NCBI GenBank assembly: GCA_951406725.2
Contig: OX597820.1
Span: 73,780,001 to 73,844,000, forward strand
Origin: Octopus vulgaris
Lineage: Eukaryota
DNA length: 64,000 nucleotides
Direction of reading: 5' to 3'
The notes under the pieces were generated by a model, which saw only the letters and a list, made by a program, of their open reading frames with translations, did no database searches and was not told the origin of the DNA. Made by a program: the position numbers and the translations under genes. Of this stretch, positions 1-10,950 are shown in pieces. Numbering within the stretch: position 1 is the stretch's first letter; every line of letters begins with the position of its first letter.

Positions 1-712
1 ACCTGTTGTGATCCCATGGATCTAGGTCAAATCAACACTAAGAGCTTCACAGATACTCTTCTGTCTCATCCTGGTGTATTCCTGCTTCTGCCAAAATCAT
101 GATGAACTTTCACCTTTCAGATCTTTCCTGGTTTCCTGCTATATTTTTATGTATATTTTTGTTCTCTCTTTAATATGTTATCTGAATATGTTATAAATTC
201 ATTTGATACCTTGCAGCTCATCATCATCATCGTCGTCATCATCATCATTTCATATCTATGCTTCGTTTTGGGATGGTTTGAACAGTTTGATAGGATCTGA
301 TAAGGTCCAAGGATTGCATTGTGCTCCGGTGTCTACTCTGGACACAATTCCTAATGCCCACCACTTTGCAATGTTGACTGGGTTCTTTTTTTTTCTCTCA
401 TACTACCAGCACTGTTGAGGTTGCCATGCAGCTTACAGGACTACAAACCCTGTGAGAAGTTTAGAATATGAAAGTTCTTGTTTCAGTCATTGAACTTCAG
501 CCATGCTGGAGCACTGCCTTAAAGTTTTAGTTATACTAATTAATTCATATCTTACTACTGTCTCGTGTATATTTCAATTGAAAATGAAGAATATTTTCTT
601 TCTCACCTTTTTTTTTTTGTTGTTTTTCATGTTTTATTATTAGACAAATACCAATGAGAATTTAAGTAGAGTGAATTTGGAGTTCAGGTATACTTTATAA
701 TTATGAATATAA

Positions 713-1165
713 GGTGCAAGTGTGGCTGTGTGGTTAAGAGGTTTGCTTACCAGCCACATGGTTTCGGGTTCAATCCTACTGTAAGACACTTTGGGCAAGT
801 GACTTCTACTATTGCTCCAGGCTGCCAAAGCCTTATGTCTGGGTTTGGTAGACAGAAACTGAAAGATACCTGTTGTGTGTGTGTGTGTTTATGTGTATGT
901 GTGTGTATGATTGTGTGTTTGTGTCTCCTTGTCTTGACATTGCATAATAGTTGTAAATGATTATTACTCTCATACAAGCAGTGACGCTCATTACCAACAT
1001 TCTGCTTAAACATGTCTTGTGATGGGGGAAATATTACCTTACTTGGAAACAGGTTTAGGTTGGTGGCACGAAGGGCATCCAGCCTTAGAAAACCTGCCTC
1101 AATAAATTCTGTTCATCTCATGCAAGCATGAAAAAGTGGACATTAAGATGATGATGATGATGATG
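713..1165 (+). mobile_element. tRNA-derived CORE-like SINE, family A head with alternative (GAT)n tail
   Basis: A/B-box-like head (GTGGCTGTGTGGTTAAG...GGTTCAATCC), internal (TG)n, and a tail containing AAGGGCATCCAGC and (GAT)n. Ends are approximate. Confidence 0.75.
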
Positions 1166-1481
1166 ATTGTGTGTGTGTGTTTGTGTCTCCTTGTCGTGAC
1201 TACCTGCGGTTGTTGTAAATGAATGGCATTCATCTTGGATATTCTGCAGAAACATGTCAGGCAAGGGGTAAACTATTACTTTTGCTTGGAAACAAATAAG
1301 AGTTGGCCGCAAGAAGAGTGCCCAGTAGTAGTAGTAGATCTGCCCCAACAGATCCCATCCAACCCATGCAAGCATAGAAAAGTAAACGTTAAATCAATGA
1401 TGATGACAATGATGGTTATATTTTAATATTTTTACTGAAATAACAAGTATACACATTCGTTTTTTATTTTTTGTTTATTAG

Positions 1482-1640
1482 AGACCAACCAAAATACATT
1501 GCGAGAAATGGATGGAATTGATGTATTAGTAAAGACAATGAAGATATACACACTTGCTACAGACAATGTTTATAATGCTGAATATTTGAAAACTGCTGTT
1601 TTATTAACTTCAGCTCTTGATACATGTCTTTTGGATAATA
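1482..1640 (+). CDS. TERB1: TERB1 internal exon (first in window), ARM-repeat region
   Basis: Acceptor ttattag and donor A|gtaagt, phase 1-1. Encodes TNQNTLREMDGIDVLVKTM...LKTAVLLTSALDTCLLDN, which resembles vertebrate TERB1 GGLDVL...AVVVTKTVDACIADN as recalled. Confidence 0.9.
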
Positions 1641-1664
1641 GTAAGTATCCTTTGATTTTTTTTT

Positions 1665-2021
1665 TTATTTGTTTCAGTCATTTGACTGCAGCTATGCTGG
1701 AGCACCGCTTTAGTTGAGCAAATTGACCCCAGGAATTATTCTTTGTAAGCTTAGTACTTATTCTATCAGACCCTTTTGCCAAACTGCTAAGTTATTGGTT
1801 GTCAAGCAATGTTGGGGAGACAAACACAGACTCACAAACACACACACACACATATACAATGGGCTTCTTTCAGTTTCCGTCTACCAAGTCCACTGACAAG
1901 GCTTTGGTTGACTCATGGTTATAGTAGAAAACACTTGCCCAAGGTGCCAAGCAGTAGGACTGAACCCAGAACCATGTGGTTGGTAAGCAAGCTACTTACC
2001 ACACAGCTACTCCTGTGCCTA
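1665..2021 (-). mobile_element. SINE family A copy
   Basis: Reverse-strand copy of the same family as the element at 56393-56801. Confidence 0.85.
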
Positions 2022-2329
2022 TTAGAAACTTTAACTTTAGAACTATTGGTGTACATAGGATAGAGAACTGACTTAACTTTTCTTTAGAGATGAGAGCTTG
2101 ATGATGATGAGGAGGAGGAAGAAACACTTGCCTAATTTGCCCTTTGCAGAGCCTCTGACATTGATGTAGTTGATGTTCAATTTGAACATCTGTCAATTAG
2201 CATTCTTTTCATATTACAACTTGCAGTGGCCCTATTCATGCCAGGCACCAAACCAGCATTTGTACTGGACCCACAAAAAAAAAAAAAGCAAACTCACTAT
2301 CTTCAGTTTGGTTTGTGTGCCTATCCTTC

Positions 2330-2690
2330 ATTAATGACCAAAATCACTCAATCATGAACGGGATTTCTCCTAAGGATCTCTACTCTGGGGTAATGTTATT
2401 TGATCTGGTGCATAGCTCAGAGAGCAGGGAGTCTGTCCAGATCAAGCATCTACTTCTCATCAAGAGGTCGCAGCTCCAGTACTATAGATATGTGATTAGA
2501 ATGTTGTAGAAAAGAATTGCAAGAGAGATTCTTCAAGCTAAGCTAATCAGCAGGAAACCTAGGGGCAGATCAAAGCTGAAATGGTTTGATAGTATCCATA
2601 ATCTCAGTTGGCCACACTTAATAATTCCACTACTGCTGCTGCTTGAAACCTCCTCCCAAATTCTGGGAGCTCCTATAGCTTATGGAGAGA
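2330..2690 (+). mobile_element. RTE-like LINE 3' remnant
   Basis: Translates to IKRSQLQYYRYVIRM...RKPRGRSKLKW, resembling the RLRWFGHVxR...RPRGRPxxRW C-terminus of RTE ORF2. Confidence 0.55.
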
Positions 2691-3651
2691 GGACATGTCA
2701 TTTGGAAGGACATTGCCAATGTCATATAAATGGCACCTGTGCTGGTAGCATGTAAAAAGTGCCCATTACACCAACCACTTGGAGTGGTTGGTATTAGGAA
2801 AGGCATCCAGCTATAGAAATCAAGCCAAATCAGACTGGAACCTGGTGCAGCTCTCCAGTTTATAGCAGTTCCAGTCAGACTATCTAACCCATGCCAGCAT
2901 GGAAAGTAGATGTTAAATGATGATTATCACATCAAGTAAAACAAGTGCACCCTCTATTAGTGGGATAACTACTCTGGAAAAAGACACAGAATTCCAGACA
3001 CAAATGACACTCAGAGAAGAAAATGGTTGGGAAAAGTGCTTAAAGTATAGTCCCAAACCTTTTCAGGCTGCCACCTCCTTGACACCCAGGCCACATTCCT
3101 AACACCTCCACCCCAACTAACCATCACAAACATGGACTCTTTCTGAAGCAAAATTCAAAGCAACTGTCTTTCACAAATATAACTTAACCTACTGAACCCA
3201 TTATTTTGTTGTTTTTTACATAAATCGCTACCCCATTATCACCCCACTTTTCTTCAACACCCCCAGTGGGGCAATACCACCCATTTTGGGAACCATTGGT
3301 ATAGAAGACTGGTCAAGGTGAACCAGAAAGCCCATCTTTGCAAAATGTGCATTTTAATGACACAGCCATACCTAAAATCATCAACACCACAAGTTCCTGT
3401 TTTCCTTCTAAACACTCTAAGCTTCATAATTTGCATAACTTTTGTTAGAATTTATATTTTATTCTTTCTTTATTAATAATAATCATTTTATTTTTAAAAA
3501 GATTAACATGCCAAAAAATAATAGAAATAATTTCTAATTATTCCAGGAAGTTTTTTTTTTAGAATTTGATAATTAAAAAAATATCTAAAATGGAAAAGGA
3601 AAAAAAAAAGAAAAAAATTATATTGTTCGATACACCTTTGTCTTTTCCCAG

Positions 3652-3783
3652 TGACCAATGCTGAATTGTTTGGTAATTATGGTGGAATAGAAATGTTAGT
3701 GAAGCTACTTCATCTCTGTCACAAGGATACACCCAATCAAATCCAAATAATTCTTGCAATAGCACATGCTACAGACCATTCTG
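3652..3783 (+). CDS. TERB1: TERB1 exon, ARM-repeat region
   Basis: ttcccag acceptor and G|gtgagt donor, phase 1-1. Encodes MTNAELFGNYGGIEMLVKLLHLCHKDTPNQIQIILAIAHATDHS. Confidence 0.9.
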
Positions 3784-3824
3784 GTGAGTGTGTATATTTT
3801 ATCTATTCTTTTATTCTTTTATTC

Positions 3825-4200
3825 TGTTTCTTGTTTCAGTCATCTGACTGCAGCTATGCTGGAGCACCGCCTTTAGTCAAACAAATCGACCCTAGGACTT
3901 ACTCTTTGTAAGCCTACTACTTATTCTATTGGTCTCTTTTGCCGAACTGCTAAGTTACAGGGACGTACACACACTGGCATCAGTTGTTAAGCAATGGTGG
4001 GGGGACAAACACAGACACACAAACATACACACGCACACACACACACACATGACGGGCTTCTTCCAGTTTCTGTCTACCAAATCCACTCACAAGGCTTTGG
4101 TCGGGCCGAGGCTATAGTAGGAGACGCTTGCTCAAGGACTGAACCCAGAACCATGTGGTTGGTAAGCAAGCTACTTACCACACAGCCACTCCTGTGCCTA
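3825..4200 (-). mobile_element. SINE family A copy
   Basis: Near-complete copy with internal (CA)n. Confidence 0.85.
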
Positions 4201-4242
4201 TGTTTGTTTATTTTTCATAACTGTTGAACAATACCATCATTA

Positions 4243-4610
4243 AGCATGGCTGTGCTTCCCAACCGTGTGGTTCTGGGTTCAGTCCCACTGTATGGCACCA
4301 TGGACAAGTGTCTTCTACTATAACCTCAGGCCAACCAAAGCCTTATTTGTGGATTTGGTAGACAGAAACTGAAAGAAGCCCTTTGTATATATGTATATGC
4401 ATGTGTGGTTGTGTCTGTGTTTGTCTCTTACCACTGTTTGACAACTGGTGTTGGTGTCTTTACATCCCCATAACTTAGTGATTTGGCAAAAGAGATTGGT
4501 AGAATAAGGACCAGGCTTTAAAAATTAGTACTGGGATCAGTTCATTCAACTAAACATTCATGTTGATGTCTCAGCATGGCCACAGCCTAATGACTGAAAC
4601 ATGTAACACA
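4243..4610 (+). mobile_element. SINE family A copy, inverted relative to 3825-4200
   Basis: Diverged copy on the + strand directly adjacent to the - strand copy. Confidence 0.8.
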
Positions 4611-7600
4611 TCAAGGATTAGTTACGAGTTGCAAGGGAGTGTTTGTAACTTGTTGCAGAACAAATATAGTAAAGAAAGTTTTTGAAGAGCACTGTGTTTT
4701 TTTTTTATCCTTCCACTGATGTTTGCATCCTTCACCAACTTACATAATGCACATCTGTAAAAGATACGCATATATGCACACACTCACACATGCACATACA
4801 CACACACATATCAATCAGGTTTCTATACAATTTCCAGCTGTCAATTTACTTCTCAAAGTATTGGTTGCCTCAGGGCTTTGTTAGAAAATTTGCTCAAAAG
4901 TGAAGAAAAAAAACATGCCTGAGGTCAAACCTAAAAACACCTGCTTGTAAAAAAAAACATCAGAAGCCTACAGTTATGCCTGTACTGTGTGTGTTTGTGT
5001 GTGTGTGTGTGTGCTATTATGGTGTCACTGATAGAATCTGCGACATTATCATTTCTGGTTGGGCTACCACTGGTAACACTTGTTAGCATCTCTTGTCAAC
5101 AAATTGTCTATTGCCTCTACCGTTTTAAACTCCTTTAGCTCCTTTTAGAACAAAAAACAATCCCTTATTGTTTTGTAACAATAAGCTGGTAACAGGAAAT
5201 GCATCTGGCTGTAAAAATCTTGCCTGAATTTCCTTCTGTCTAAGCTATGTTGGCATAGAAAACAGATTTTAAATGGAATAAACAGCTTAACTACATGGCT
5301 ATTTTCCAAATATTTATGAGAAATAAAGTATTATTTAAGATGTTTTTTGCTCATTACATTTTAGATTCTTTTGTTGTATGAATTCATATTTCTACATAGC
5401 TAATTTTTAAAATTATTTATTTCTTATTTAATTTTTTTGATTGGATTATATTTTCCTGGAAAATTTATCTTCAGTAGAGGCTAAATTTGTTCAGACATTC
5501 AGTTGCTAGTGGTTACTTGCTTCTAATGACACTCAAAGATGCAGAAATCTAGATTTAACAATTCCCTCATCACTGCTAGATGCTATTCTTCTGCTTCTGA
5601 TAGACTTCTGTGTTTTTTAGCACTGTATGTGCTGGTGCCACGTAAAAAGCACTTGTATTGGCACTACATAAACACACCCATGCCAGTACTGCGTAAAAGC
5701 ACCCAGTGCATTTTGTAAAGTGGTTGGCATTAGGAAGGGCATCCAAATATAGAAACCATGCCAAAACAGACATGGAGCTTGGTGCAGATTTCCAGCTTGC
5801 CAGCTCCTGTCAAACTGTCCAACCCATGCCAGCATGGAAAATGGATGTTAAATGATGATGATGATGTATATACAAGGTGTTTTCTTGAGATGATTATTAT
5901 AGTTTTGTGGCTTTCTATAAATCCAAGTAGTACTATGTTGAGAAGAAGACCTATCAGACCAAGTAAAATTGCAGTCATGGCAGATACTGGTGTCATGCAA
6001 ATGACTTGTAAAAGCACTTATTACACTCTCAGGGTGGTTGGTGTTAGGAAGGCCATTAAACTGTAGAAACTATGCCAAATCAGCTGGAGTCTGGTGCAGC
6101 CTCCCAGCTTGCCAGCCCTGGTCAAACTGTCCAACCCATGCCAACTTGGGCAACGGACATTAAATGATGATGGTGGTGATGATGATGATGATGATGTCTA
6201 TATGAGATTCTTGTGAAGATCTGCCCTCTTCAATGAAACTGAGTTCTGGGAGTGATGTGTGTTCCACCCATATGTAACACTAAAATATTTCACACACCCT
6301 GCCCCAACAAACCAAACATCTCTTTCTCACATTTCCTCTTTATCTCTCACTCCCCAATCTTGTCCCCATTGCCTTGCTCACTGTATCATTGCTATCCTGT
6401 TGACCCCACCAGCACCACCACCTCTATATACCCAGGTTTCACCAGTTACTACATTCCCATCCCAACACTCTTTGCATTCACATGAAGCCCCTAATCCCTA
6501 TTCATGTACCATTAGCAATTCTCTACCATCCCACTTATATTCTGATCCCCGTATCTTGAGGGTATGCCCTGATACTTTGCTACTATCTCTCTCTCTCATG
6601 CTCCCTTGCTCTCTTCCACTCTCTCTCTCCCCCTCTTTCTCTTGCTCTCTCCCTCTGACTGGGTAACCAGGTATCTCCTCTACAGAAAGACACTTGTTTC
6701 TATCCCTCTGTTACATTCTAACTGCTCATCACCTTGCACAAAGCTACCTCCTCCAATGACCCCCACCCCTTAAAGGATCTTTGTATTGCAAGTTATTTGG
6801 TGACCCTGCCAGTGCTGGTGCCACATATAAAGCATCCAGTCCACTCTGCAAAGTGGTTGATGTGAGGAAGGGCAACCAGCTGTAAGAACCATGCCAAAAC
6901 AGACCGTGAAGCCTGGTGCCATCTTCTACCTAGCCATCTCCTCTCAAATCGTCTGATCCATGACAGCATGGAAAACAGACGTTAAATGATAATGGTGATG
7001 ATCCTCCTTGTTAAGTTAGATATTCAGATTGCTATTTTGAAAACTAATTCTTTTTCAGATACTAACAAAGAACTACATACAATATTCACAAACAAAATGT
7101 GACCACAACTGTATAAATAGCTTTTATTTTTTTTATCTGTTGGTGAAACTGTAATAAAAAAATTTTATGAAAATTGAAAGCATTCTAAAGTAGTAATCCA
7201 TGAAGTAATGTTGATTAAATTTTTTTTTTTTATTCCCTTATGCAGCTAAGTGGAACAAGGAAGGGCAATGTCCATGAGCTTTCTATAAAGCCTGTGACAC
7301 TTGTGGGAAGAAGTTATCTACAGACCAGAAACCTTGACCAAATGCTTTCAATAGAGTGGACTATTCTAAAACCACCTTTGCAGAAGGTGGTGAAGTTCTG
7401 CCTGAACTGGGCAGGAGATTTAGTCTACCATCCAAAAGTGAATAATGGGGCTTCCATACAATTTTTATCAACCAAATGTCACAGACTTTAGTTAAGCTGA
7501 GTTTTTGAGAGGAAACACTTCTTAATGTGCTTGAAATGAAGTAGTTGAAAAGTGAACTTCTTGACTACACTGCTTTAATCGTGTCCATTAGTTAGGTAAA

Positions 7601-8820
7601 GATGATACTGGGGATTATTAGTTTAGCTGTGGATGTCTTTAGAATTATTCTCTATGAATCAGAATAAAGGAGATTCAAGGAGAAATAAATTATAGAGCTT
7701 AAAGAGTCCATATTCTTGGGAAGAAAGTAATGTAACCGTTTCAGAAACTTTTATATATTATTTTATATATATTTCAAGGAAAATGAGGAAGTCAGAAAAT
7801 GATTGATGAGTATTAAATTTAGCAACTTATTACATTCAATATTGCCATGGAAGAAGTAGTTTCCCGCTGCTGTAGATGAATGAAATGGGAATATGCGTGC
7901 AAGCATGACTGTGTCATTAAGAAATTCTCTTCACAGCCATATGATTCTCAGTTCAATCCCACCTTTACTCTGGTTTGACCAGTCTTGAGTGGAATTCAGT
8001 AGATTATAACTATGCAGAACCTAACTGTATATGCACACATACACACACGTGTGTACACATACTCATGCCCATATGTGCATACACGTGCACACACACACAT
8101 ATGCATGCACAAGCACATACATGCATATGCACATACATCATCATCATCATTTAATATTCATTGTCCATGCTGGCATGGGTTGCACAGTTTGACCAGGACA
8201 GGAGAGCTGTGTCAGGTTCCAGCCTGATTTGGTCTTGTTTCTACAGTTGGATGCTTTTCCTAATGCCAACCACTTTACAGTATTTGCTGGGAGCTTTTTT
8301 ATGTGGATCAACACAGACTGGCATGGGTGCCATTTATGTAGATTGGCACTGGTGCTTTTTATAGTTGTATTTTACAGATTTAATGGTTTAGCAAAGAATC
8401 TCAAATTTCACTAATTCTGCAACTCTTCTGAAACAAAGTATTTTGAATTTATAAATACATTTGAATTAGTCAAAATATTTTTGTGTGAATCAACTGTTTA
8501 GAATGAATCTGATTCATTAGTCAAACCAATTTCTCTATGGTATGTGGAATCAAAGAATTAGAGACAGACAGAGTAATTAAATTACCTCATTTCATCTTAA
8601 GTAATCACCATTATATAAAACTGCTTTATAATCAATATTTAAAAAAGTATATATACATATAAGATTGTATAATAAGTATGTATGTAAAAATATATATAAA
8701 CAACTGGAAGTTGAATGACTAATATACAGTAGATAGGTACCTAATTAAGCCAAATAAATGTAATACATGAAAGATGTATTTGTCGATGTACTCTTAAACA
8801 AGGGCAAACAAATGTACCAA

Positions 8821-8862
8821 AGTCTGATGAAGGTTAAGCAGGCTGAAACTTTGAAGTCATTG
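8821..8862 (+). ncRNA. degenerate minimal type I hammerhead-ribozyme-like motif (Penelope-like element remnant)
   Basis: CTGATGA-AGGTT-AAGC-AGGCT-GAAAC-TTTGAA-GTC shows the core boxes in the right order, with a near-palindromic stem III. Stems I and II are weak. Confidence 0.45.
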
Positions 8863-9015
8863 TCAATACTTTTCTTGTTAAAGAATAATAGAGATATACT
8901 CTATTGAAAGTATTGAGTCATCCTTGAGTTTGATGCAGAATTTTTTTTTTTATTGTAATGTAACATAGAATAAACATTTATATCCATCCATCCATCCACC
9001 TATCCACCTATCTAT

Positions 9016-9047
<32 letters not shown>

Positions 9048-9747
9048 TAGCTAGCTAGCTTTGTGTGTGTGTATAATGTATTATGAAGCAGCCATTACCC
9101 CTCAACATGGTTGGTGTTAGGAAGGGCTTCCAGCTGTAGAAACCTTACCAAATCAGATTGGAGTCTGGTGCAACCTCTCCACTTGCCGGCCCTGGTCAAA
9201 CCATCCAGCCCATGCCAGCATGGACAACAAACGTTAAACGTTGATGACGATTGATGAGTTATCAATCCACTTTTCCATACTTGTATGAGTCAGACATTTT
9301 GGTAAGAATTTGATATATATGTACATTAATAGTGGGTGAAAAAACAGTGAAATAGTAAAAAAATTGGATAGGAAGTTGCAGAAGAAAAAGATTAAAGATA
9401 ATGTAAAAAAAAAAGAAAATTCATGTGCATCGTTTGACTGCTTTGGTTACTTTTGTAACTCTGTATGTTTGTGTGTAGCTCACCTTTTCTCTGCCTCCCA
9501 TCCTGTTCCTTTCCATAGAACTGCATTTCTGCCTCTCCTCTAACTGCTTCTGTATTTGTATATTTATTTTTTCCAGTTATCTTTTCTCTATCCTTTATTT
9601 TTTTTCTTTACTATCTTTCTTTTTTTTGCTGAAGTACTAACATCTGAAACACCAAGACACTTGAATCTCTTTTTAACCATCTGTAAAAGCTTGAGCCTCT
9701 CTCTCTCACACACACACACACACACTCCTTAATATTTAGTTTAGTTT

Positions 9748-9965
9748 AAGGCAGTGAGATGGCAGAAACGTTAGCACACCAGTCGAAATGCTTAGCAGTA
9801 TTGTGTCTGTCTTTATGTTCTGAGTTCAAATTCCCAGAAAGTCGACTTTGCCGTTTATCTTTTCGGAGTCAATAAATTAAGTACCAGTTGCATTCTGGGG
9901 TTGATCTAATCGGCTGCCCTCCACTCCCCAAAAATGTTGGGCCTTGTGCCTAGAGTAGAAAAGAA
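9748..9965 (+). mobile_element. tRNA-derived SINE family B (Meta-domain-like)
   Basis: GGCAGTGAGATGGCAGAAACGTTAGCAC head, GAGTTCAAATTCC B-box, and a diverged version of the family core GCCTTTCATCCTTTCGGGGTCGATAAATTAAGTACCAG. Confidence 0.75.
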
Positions 9966-10030
9966 TATTTAGTTTAAATGTTTCTAGTTTTCTACTTTTC
10001 CATTGTCACATATCTTTTTTTTTTTTGTAG

Positions 10031-10156
10031 ATATCAACCAGCGATATTTTGTTGACTGTGGTGGCCTTGTTCTTGTGGTCAACTTGTTCATTGAATCTCC
10101 TGAAAATACAGAACTACAGTCTGCTTTAAAGTATGTCCTACAGATTTGTGTCCCAG
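10031..10156 (+). CDS. TERB1: TERB1 exon, last ARM repeat
   Basis: T-tract plus tgtag acceptor and G|gtaaaa donor. Encodes DINQRYFVDCGGLVLVVNLFIESPENTELQSALKYVLQICVP, similar to ENQ..GLPLMIQALTES..EELNKAATFVL of vertebrate TERB1. Confidence 0.9.
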
Positions 10157-10559
10157 GTAAAAATGATTTTTTTTTCATTATATATCAATATCTAAGGTGG
10201 CGAGCTGACAGAATTGTTAGCCTGCTGGATGAAATGCTTAACGATATTTCGCCCATTGCTACTTTCCGAGTTCAAATTATGCCGAGGTTGACTTCGCCTT
10301 TCATCCTTTCAGGGTCAATGAAATAAGTACCAGTGAAACACCGGGGTCATTGTAATTGACTAGTTCCCTCTTCCCCACAAAATTTCAGGCCTTGTGCTCA
10401 TAGTGGAAAGGATTATATATCTATATTCAAATCATTCTAAGACCAGCTTTCCCCTTCATCACTCCAAGGTTCATGATAAATAAGAACCAGTCAAATACTG
10501 GTCAATAATATCAGCCAACCCTTTCCCTCAAAATTGCTACCTTTCTGCTTCAATTAAAA

Positions 10560-10950
10560 TCATCATCATCATCGTTTAACGTCCACTTTTCATGCTGGCA
10601 TGGGTTGGATGGTTTGACTGAGGACTGGTGAGCCAGAAGGCTGCACCTGGCTCAATCTGATCTGGCAAAGTTTCTACAGCTTGGATGCCCTTCCTAACAG
10701 CAACCACCCCGAGAGTGTAGTGGGTGCTTTTACGTGCCTCTGGCATGAGGGCCAGTCAGGCAGTTCTGGCAACCACCATGCTAAAAAAGTGTTTTTTACA
10801 TGCTACATGCACAGGAGCCAGTCCGGCAGCTCTGGCAACAACCATGCTTGAATGTTGTTTTTCGTGTCCCACTGGCACGTGCCGGTAAGGTGACACTGAC
10901 AATGATCATGCTTGAATGGTACTTTTCACGTGCCACTGGCATGGGAGCCA
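10560..10950 (-). mobile_element. family C (GAT)n-tailed, RTE-associated SINE-like repeat
   Basis: Contains TTAGGAAGGGCATCC...CCCATGCCAGCATG...GACGTTAAACGATGATG. Many further copies occur, e.g. about 2725-2925, 5630-5866, 6000-6195, 11175-11440, 12330-12612, 16885-17070 and 43470-43800. Confidence 0.75.

Noticed and set aside
644-687. Exon-like segment (ttag|ACAAATACC...TTCAG|gtatac) upstream of the first TERB1 exon
   Set aside because: The frame needed to splice in phase 1 to 1482 contains TAA, and there is no resemblance to the expected ARM sequence.
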